Source: Deltaproteobacteria bacterium
Lineage (GTDB): Bacteria; CALINM01
NCBI GenBank assembly: GCA_037442505.1
Contig: JBBIPZ010000007.1
Coordinates: 3,758 to 67,757, forward strand
Reading direction: 5' to 3'
Length of the DNA: 64,000 nucleotides
Under the pieces are notes generated by a model. That model saw only the letters and a program-made list of their open reading frames with translations. It was not told where the DNA came from and searched no databases. Positions 59,162-64,000 of the stretch are shown in pieces. The first letter of the stretch is position 1. Each line of letters opens with the position of its first letter. A program made the position numbers and the translations under genes.

Positions 59162-60223
59162 TTAAAGATGCTCAACAACTAAGTTGCCAACTTCTTCAGT
59201 TGTGTAGCCCATTTTACCGGCTGCCAAACTTTTAAGTTTTTCAGTGATAACTTTTACCACGGCATTTTCAACTTTGTTCGCAGCGGATTCCTCTCCTAAA
59301 TATCTAAGTAACATCTCGCCTGCAAGAATGCAAGCAATTGGGTTTATAACGTTCATACCGGTATATTTTGGCGCAGAGCCTCCTATTGGTTCAAACATCG
59401 AAACGCCTTCTGGATTGATATTGCCACCAGCAGCAACGCCCATTCCGCCCTGAATCATAGCACCCAAATCAGTAATAATATCTCCAAACATATTGTCTGT
59501 AACAATCACGTCGAACCATTCTGGATTTTTTACCATCCACATACAGCAAGCATCAACATGAACGTAATCAGTTTGGATATCAGGGTACTCTTTTGCAACT
59601 TCGTTAAACGTTCTTTCCCACAAATCAAAAGCAAAGGTAAGTACATTTGTTTTACCACAGAGTGTCAATTTTTTTCTTTTGTTGCGTTTTCTTGTATATT
59701 CGAATGCAAAACGGATACATCTTTCAACACCTTTACGGGTATTAATAGATTCCTGAATTGCAACCTCATCCTTAGTTCCTTTCTTTAATACGCCACCCGC
59801 CCCTGCGTATAAACCTTCGGTATTTTCCCTGATTACGACAAAATCAATGTGCTCAGGTCCTTTATCTTTTAAAGGGCAGTCAACATTAGGATAAAGTTTG
59901 ATAGGTCTTAAGTTAATGTATTGATCAAGTTCAAATCTTAGCTTTAATAGAATACCCTTCTCTAAAATACCGGGTTTGACATTCGGGTGTCCAATCGCTC
60001 CTAAATAGATTGCATCAAATTTTTTTAGTTCTGTTGTCGCATCTTCTGGTAAAATGACTCCTGTTTTTAAATAGTTGTCTCCACCATAATTAAAATAAGT
60101 AAAATCAAAGTTAAAACCTGTTTTTTCAGAAACAGCTTTTAAAACTTTAACTCCTTCTCTTATAACTTCTGGTCCAGTACCATCCCCTGGTATTACAGCA
60201 ATTTTGTAAGTTTTCTTTGACAT
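59162..60223 (-). CDS. leuB: 3-isopropylmalate dehydrogenase family (LeuB-like; could be a tartrate/homoisocitrate DH paralog)
   Basis: IAVIPGDGTGPEV and NMFGDIITDLGAMIQGG signatures; 353 aa. No leuCD lies nearby. Confidence 0.7.
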   Translation of the reverse strand: MSKKTYKIAVIPGDGTGPEVIREGVKVLKAVSEKTGFNFDFTYFNYGGDNYLKTGVILPEDATTELKKFDAIYLGAIGHPNVKPGILEKGILLKLRFELDQYINLRPIKLYPNVDCPLKDKGPEHIDFVVIRENTEGLYAGAGGVLKKGTKDEVAIQESINTRKGVERCIRFAFEYTRKRNKRKKLTLCGKTNVLTFAFDLWERTFNEVAKEYPDIQTDYVHVDACCMWMVKNPEWFDVIVTDNMFGDIITDLGAMIQGGMGVAAGGNINPEGVSMFEPIGGSAPKYTGMNVINPIACILAGEMLLRYLGEESAANKVENAVVKVITEKLKSLAAGKMGYTTEEVGNLVVEHL

Positions 60224-60298
60224 AACTTAAACCTCCTGCCAGCGATTAATTTACCTCAAAAATTTGAAGTAAATTACTTTGGAATTGTAAAAAAGAAG

Positions 60299-60371
<73 letters not shown>

Positions 60372-60411
60372 ACTGTGTGAAATACTAATCTTAACCAAGT
60401 TGCGAGTAAAA

Positions 60412-60441
60412 ATTATAATCGTTTTGTAATATTTGTGTCAA
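60412..60441 (-). promoter_or_regulatory. tRNA-Phe promoter (TTGACA-N18-TATAAT)
   Basis: On the minus strand, TTGACA at 60441-60436 and TATAAT at 60417-60412, about 40 nt upstream of the tRNA 5' end. Confidence 0.4.
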
Positions 60442-60521
60442 TAAAAAAAAGACTATTTTAGACAAACAATCGTTTTATTATTCTTGACTTGTGATATTTA
60501 ATAAATTAATCTTTTATAGTA

Positions 60522-60884
60522 ATGTTAACGCTAAATTCTACCATAAAGGAAATTTTAGTTAGAGAGAACTCAGTAGAAGCTGCAATAATCCTTGATAAAG
60601 ATGGTATTGTTGTTGCAGAAGAGTCTAAATCTGGAGATAAAAAAGCTCAAGAGCTTGCTATAGAGTATGCCTCTGTTATGAAACAGATACTTAAGGTAAC
60701 AGACTACTTAAACATAGGGGCATTGGAAGAGATCCTTGTATATACTGAAAAAAGTATTATCGTAATAAGATTAATAACGAGAGAGTACTACCTGATTTTA
60801 ATAACCAACACTGATGGTAATATTGGTAAAGCAAAATATCTGGCAAAATTGACAGGTGAAAGGTTAGAAAAGGAGTTTAAGTGA
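60522..60884 (+). CDS. Roadblock/LC7 (MglB-like) domain protein
   Basis: 120 aa; EAAIILDKDGIVVA...ILVYTEKSIIVIRL resembles the Roadblock fold pattern. Confidence 0.65.
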   Translation: MLTLNSTIKEILVRENSVEAAIILDKDGIVVAEESKSGDKKAQELAIEYASVMKQILKVTDYLNIGALEEILVYTEKSIIVIRLITREYYLILITNTDGNIGKAKYLAKLTGERLEKEFK

Positions 60885-61321
60885 AGATACTCGTGATAAA
60901 TGGACCAAACTTGAATATGTTAGGTAAACGTGAGAAAGAGTTTTATGGAGATATAAATCTTGATACGATAAACTCAAATCTTACTAAAATTGCCGAATCC
61001 TTATCTGTTAGTGTAGATTTTTTTCAGAGTAATAGCGAAGGTTCTATAATTGATAGGATACATCAAGCTACAGATGTTGATGGGATGGTAATTAATTTAG
61101 GTGCATATACTCATACAAGCATCGCAATCAGGGATGCATTATTGTTATCTAAAAAGCCTTTTGTTGAAGTGCACCTTTCAAATATCTATAGTAGAGAAAT
61201 ATTCAGACAAAAATCTTTAATTAGCGATATTGCTATAGGGGTTATAGCAGGCTTTAAAGAAGAAAGTTATTATCTTGCACTTAACGCACTTGTTAAGTAT
61301 TTAAAATCTAATAAATTTTAA
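60881..61321 (+). CDS. aroQ: Type II 3-dehydroquinate dehydratase
   Basis: MKILVINGPNLNMLGKRE...YG...H motifs. Confidence 0.85.
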   Translation: MKILVINGPNLNMLGKREKEFYGDINLDTINSNLTKIAESLSVSVDFFQSNSEGSIIDRIHQATDVDGMVINLGAYTHTSIAIRDALLLSKKPFVEVHLSNIYSREIFRQKSLISDIAIGVIAGFKEESYYLALNALVKYLKSNKF

Positions 61322-61322
61322 A

Positions 61323-62363
61323 ATGGACTTTGAGAAAAGAATTTATAACGTTCAGAATGATATTTTGAGCAAAAAAAATAATGGTTTGCTTATTTTAGAC
61401 GTAGAAAATATCTTTTATTTAACTGGCTTCAGAGGGTCTTTTGCGGCGTTAGTTATAGTAAGGGATAAGGCTTATTTGCTTGTTGATGGTAGGTATTACG
61501 AAAAGGCAAAAATGGTTAGTAAGCATTGTAGAGTCGTATTATTTGAAAATTTATTCTTAGAAATAAATAAAATTTTGACTTCTGAGAAAATTAATGATTT
61601 ATATTTTGATGAGGAGGACATTAGAGTAGCGTTTCTTTCTCGAATAAAAAGGGAATTGAAAGAAGGCGTTAATGTAATCCCGACAAAAGATTGTTATATT
61701 AGAAAGCTTCGTATGGTAAAGGATGATTGTGAGCTTGAAATTATCAGAAAGGCTGTTAAAAAATCTAAAAAGATAATTGATAAATTTATAAAAAATTATT
61801 TAAAAACAGGAATTTCTGAGAAAGCATTGGCAGCTCAGCTTGAGTATATGATGAAAACAGAAGCAGATGGTATAAGTTTTGATACTATCGTTGCAAGTGG
61901 CCAAAATTCGTCTTTGCCACATGCCACACCTACGGAAAGAAAACTTTCATCACGAGATGTAGTGTTGATCGATTATGGGTTGAAGTGGAAAGGTTACTGT
62001 ACAGATCATACAAGAACTGTATTTTTAGGTGCGAACAGTTTAGAAAAATATTATAATATAGTACAAAAAGCAGTTGAAATAGGTCTGAGTTTTATTAAAC
62101 CAGATAATCCAATTAAACTTGTAGATGAGAGTATCAGGAGTTTTTTTGAAAAACAGGGTTTGCTTAAACATTTTTTACATTCTTCGGGACATGGAGTGGG
62201 AATTAATGTACACGAACCCCCTACTCTAAGTTATAAGACAGAAGGGGTTTTTAAAGAGGGAATGGTGTTAACCATTGAACCGGGGCTTTACTTTGAGAAG
62301 ATAGGCGGAATAAGATTAGAAGAAATGTTTGTGGTTACAAAAACTGGCTATGAAATATTATAA
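61323..62363 (+). CDS. pepP: M24B Xaa-Pro aminopeptidase
   Basis: Creatinase-like N-terminal domain followed by M24 metal ligands (D...D...HGVGINVHE...E...E). Confidence 0.8.
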   Translation: MDFEKRIYNVQNDILSKKNNGLLILDVENIFYLTGFRGSFAALVIVRDKAYLLVDGRYYEKAKMVSKHCRVVLFENLFLEINKILTSEKINDLYFDEEDIRVAFLSRIKRELKEGVNVIPTKDCYIRKLRMVKDDCELEIIRKAVKKSKKIIDKFIKNYLKTGISEKALAAQLEYMMKTEADGISFDTIVASGQNSSLPHATPTERKLSSRDVVLIDYGLKWKGYCTDHTRTVFLGANSLEKYYNIVQKAVEIGLSFIKPDNPIKLVDESIRSFFEKQGLLKHFLHSSGHGVGINVHEPPTLSYKTEGVFKEGMVLTIEPGLYFEKIGGIRLEEMFVVTKTGYEIL

Positions 62364-62377
62364 AAAATGGAGGTTAT

Positions 62378-62938
62378 ATGTATTCAACAGCAGATTTTAG
62401 AAAAGGCTTAAAGATAGTGTTTAATAATGAGCCTTACGAAATTATTGATTTTCAACATGTTAAGATGGGGAGGGGTGGCGCCATCGTAAGAACAAAAATG
62501 AAAAGCTTGAAAACGGGATACGTTATTGAAAATACTTTTAGGTCGGGTGAAAAGGTTGAAAAACCCGAACTTGAGGAACGTCCCATGCAGTATTTATATA
62601 AAACTGACGGAGGGCTTGTTTTTATGGACAACGAATCATTTGAACAGATTACAATTTCGGAAGATATGATTGGTGATGGTATAAATTATCTTGTAGAGAA
62701 TATGAATGTAGATGTTAATTTTTATCATGGAAAACCAATAGGTGTTGAAATACCAATGTTTGTTGAATTGAAAGTTGTGGAAACTGTTCCGGGAATTAAA
62801 GGGGATACTGCAAGTGGTGGCTCTAAGCCTGCAAAACTTGAGACAGGAGCAGTTATTCAGGTACCACTTTTCGTTAATGAAGGTGAAGTAATAAAAATCG
62901 ACACAAGGACAGGCACATATCTTGAAAGAGTAAGATAA
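62378..62938 (+). CDS. efp: Elongation factor P (Arg at the loop-tip position 32)
   Basis: 186 aa EF-P pattern. Loop HVKMGRGGAIVRTK aligns with B. subtilis VKPGKGSAFVR, placing R32 (AGG, 62471-62473) at the modified-residue position. Confidence 0.95.
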   Translation: MYSTADFRKGLKIVFNNEPYEIIDFQHVKMGRGGAIVRTKMKSLKTGYVIENTFRSGEKVEKPELEERPMQYLYKTDGGLVFMDNESFEQITISEDMIGDGINYLVENMNVDVNFYHGKPIGVEIPMFVELKVVETVPGIKGDTASGGSKPAKLETGAVIQVPLFVNEGEVIKIDTRTGTYLERVR

Positions 62939-62950
62939 AAAGGGGGGGTA

Positions 62951-63325
62951 ATGGCTTTTGCCGATATTAAATATTCAAATAACCATATGTGGGTTAAATT
63001 CAAAAGGGATAGAGCCGTAATTGGTGTTACAGAAAATCTGTTAGAAGGTGTAAACGAAATTGTTCTTGTGTCACTTCCAAAAGCTGGAGAAGAGATTACT
63101 AAAGACGATCTATTTGGCACCCTTGAAACGGGTTCAGATATCATAGATTTAGTTGCTCCTTTAAGTGGTGAGGTTGTAAGGGTAAACAACCTTGTCCAAG
63201 AAGATCCAGAAGTGTTGCTTGAAGATCCTTATGGTGATGGCTGGATACTGGAGATTGAATATTCTGACGAGGAAGAGGCCGAAAATCTTTTAGATCTTGA
63301 AGATTACGAGGCGATGACAGAGTGA
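62951..63325 (+). CDS. GcvH-family (glycine cleavage H / lipoyl-domain) protein lacking the conserved lipoyl-lysine
   Basis: Strong GcvH pattern (HMWVK...VIGVTENLLEGVNEIVLVSLPKAGEE...DLVAPLSGEVVRVN...DPYGDGWI). At the ESVKA position the sequence reads ETGSD, so Ser replaces Lys. Confidence 0.8.
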   Translation: MAFADIKYSNNHMWVKFKRDRAVIGVTENLLEGVNEIVLVSLPKAGEEITKDDLFGTLETGSDIIDLVAPLSGEVVRVNNLVQEDPEVLLEDPYGDGWILEIEYSDEEEAENLLDLEDYEAMTE

Positions 63326-63328
63326 AAA

Positions 63329-64000
63329 ATGGCGTTTAACAAAGCAAAAGTTCTTGAAGACATACAAAAGTATGTACAGAGAGGCCAGATCGACAAGGCT
63401 ATTGAAGAGTATGAACGAGTACTTAAAATAGATCCTCGTGATTATAAACTTCGTCAGAAGTTGGGCGACCTTTATCTTAGAAAGGGCAAGAACGCAGAAG
63501 CAGTAAATCAATACATCCAGGTTGCAGAATATTATATAAAAGATGGATTTTATCTTAAGGCGATTGCTTTATACAGTCAAATCTTAAGAACAGATCCGTC
63601 CAAACTTTCTATATATGAAAAACTTGCTGAGTTGTATAAGAAGCAGGGCTTGATAGGCGAAGCTGTAGCAAGATTAAGAATTCTTGCTGAGATATACGAA
63701 AAACAACGAAACCTTTCTGATGCAATGCAATCATGGGAAAAGATTATCAATCTGGACCCCGATAATGTCATTTACAGGGGCAAGTTAGTCGAATTTTATT
63801 TAAAGCAAGGGCTGGCTACAAGAGCTGAAGAAAAACTGAGGCAGGCTGTTGACTATTTTAAGAGCAAAGGTAGGTATGACGAAGTAGAAAAATTGATGTC
63901 ACATTTTCCCGGTGTGCTTGAGGAAGACAAGACTGTTGTTCTAAACTTAGCACGGACTCTTTTTTCGGAAGGTAAATATATTGAAGCGTTAGAAAAATTA
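63329..64000 (+). CDS. TPR-repeat protein (3' partial, runs off the window)
   Basis: ATG at 63329, 3 nt after the gcvH-like stop. Repeated TPR-like helices (AEYYIKDGFYLKAIALYSQIL...). Confidence 0.5.
   Translation, partial: MAFNKAKVLEDIQKYVQRGQIDKAIEEYERVLKIDPRDYKLRQKLGDLYLRKGKNAEAVNQYIQVAEYYIKDGFYLKAIALYSQILRTDPSKLSIYEKLAELYKKQGLIGEAVARLRILAEIYEKQRNLSDAMQSWEKIINLDPDNVIYRGKLVEFYLKQGLATRAEEKLRQAVDYFKSKGRYDEVEKLMSHFPGVLEEDKTVVLNLARTLFSEGKYIEALEKL

Overview
This 64-kb window is a low-GC chromosomal segment (roughly one-third G+C by eye) from an anaerobe-like bacterium. I infer the lifestyle from the gene content: a Ni-CODH, an octaheme nitrite reductase, B12-radical-SAM enzymes, ClpB, type IV pilus genes and a long-form HPF; a Nitrospirota- or delta-proteobacteria-like lineage is a guess only. 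It holds about 60 densely packed genes, mostly core. These include clpB, cysE, the biotin operon bioB/F/A/D, yqeY-dnaG-rpoD-hpf-rapZ, gyrA, rlmH, leuB-like, tRNA-Phe, aroQ-pepP-efp and gcvH-like. The minor modules are a minimal PilD/PilB/PilC cluster with a GspG-like pseudopilin, an acetate-symporter operon (DUF4212/ActP/CBS-DUF294), a CooS-CooF-FAD-oxidoreductase-WrbA cluster, a TvNiR-type octaheme nitrite reductase, CopA plus a PocR-GAF-GGDEF cyclase, a class II photolyase and a B12-binding radical SAM enzyme. No CRISPR array, transposase, integrase or restriction-modification genes were recognised, and I could not find one clearly novel system; the candidates are listed below. The most unusual observations are: two REC-like/DUF4388 proteins, one of which carries a J-domain and TPRs and sits inside the bio operon; a histidine kinase with a periplasmic CXXCH motif in an operon with cysE; a GcvH homolog whose lipoyl-lysine is replaced by Ser; and an EF-P with Arg at the modified loop tip. 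Four genes have a promoter (-35 where present, then a -10 with TATAAT or near-TATAAT spacing) about 7-12 nt from an ATG that lacks a Shine-Dalgarno, which suggests leaderless or very short-leader mRNAs. A spermidine-synthase-like membrane protein gene is disrupted by frame changes at homopolymers and an in-frame TGA. There is also a candidate tiny sRNA or attenuator carrying a strong promoter and terminator. All calls rest on reading motifs by eye; no HMM or BLAST search was run.
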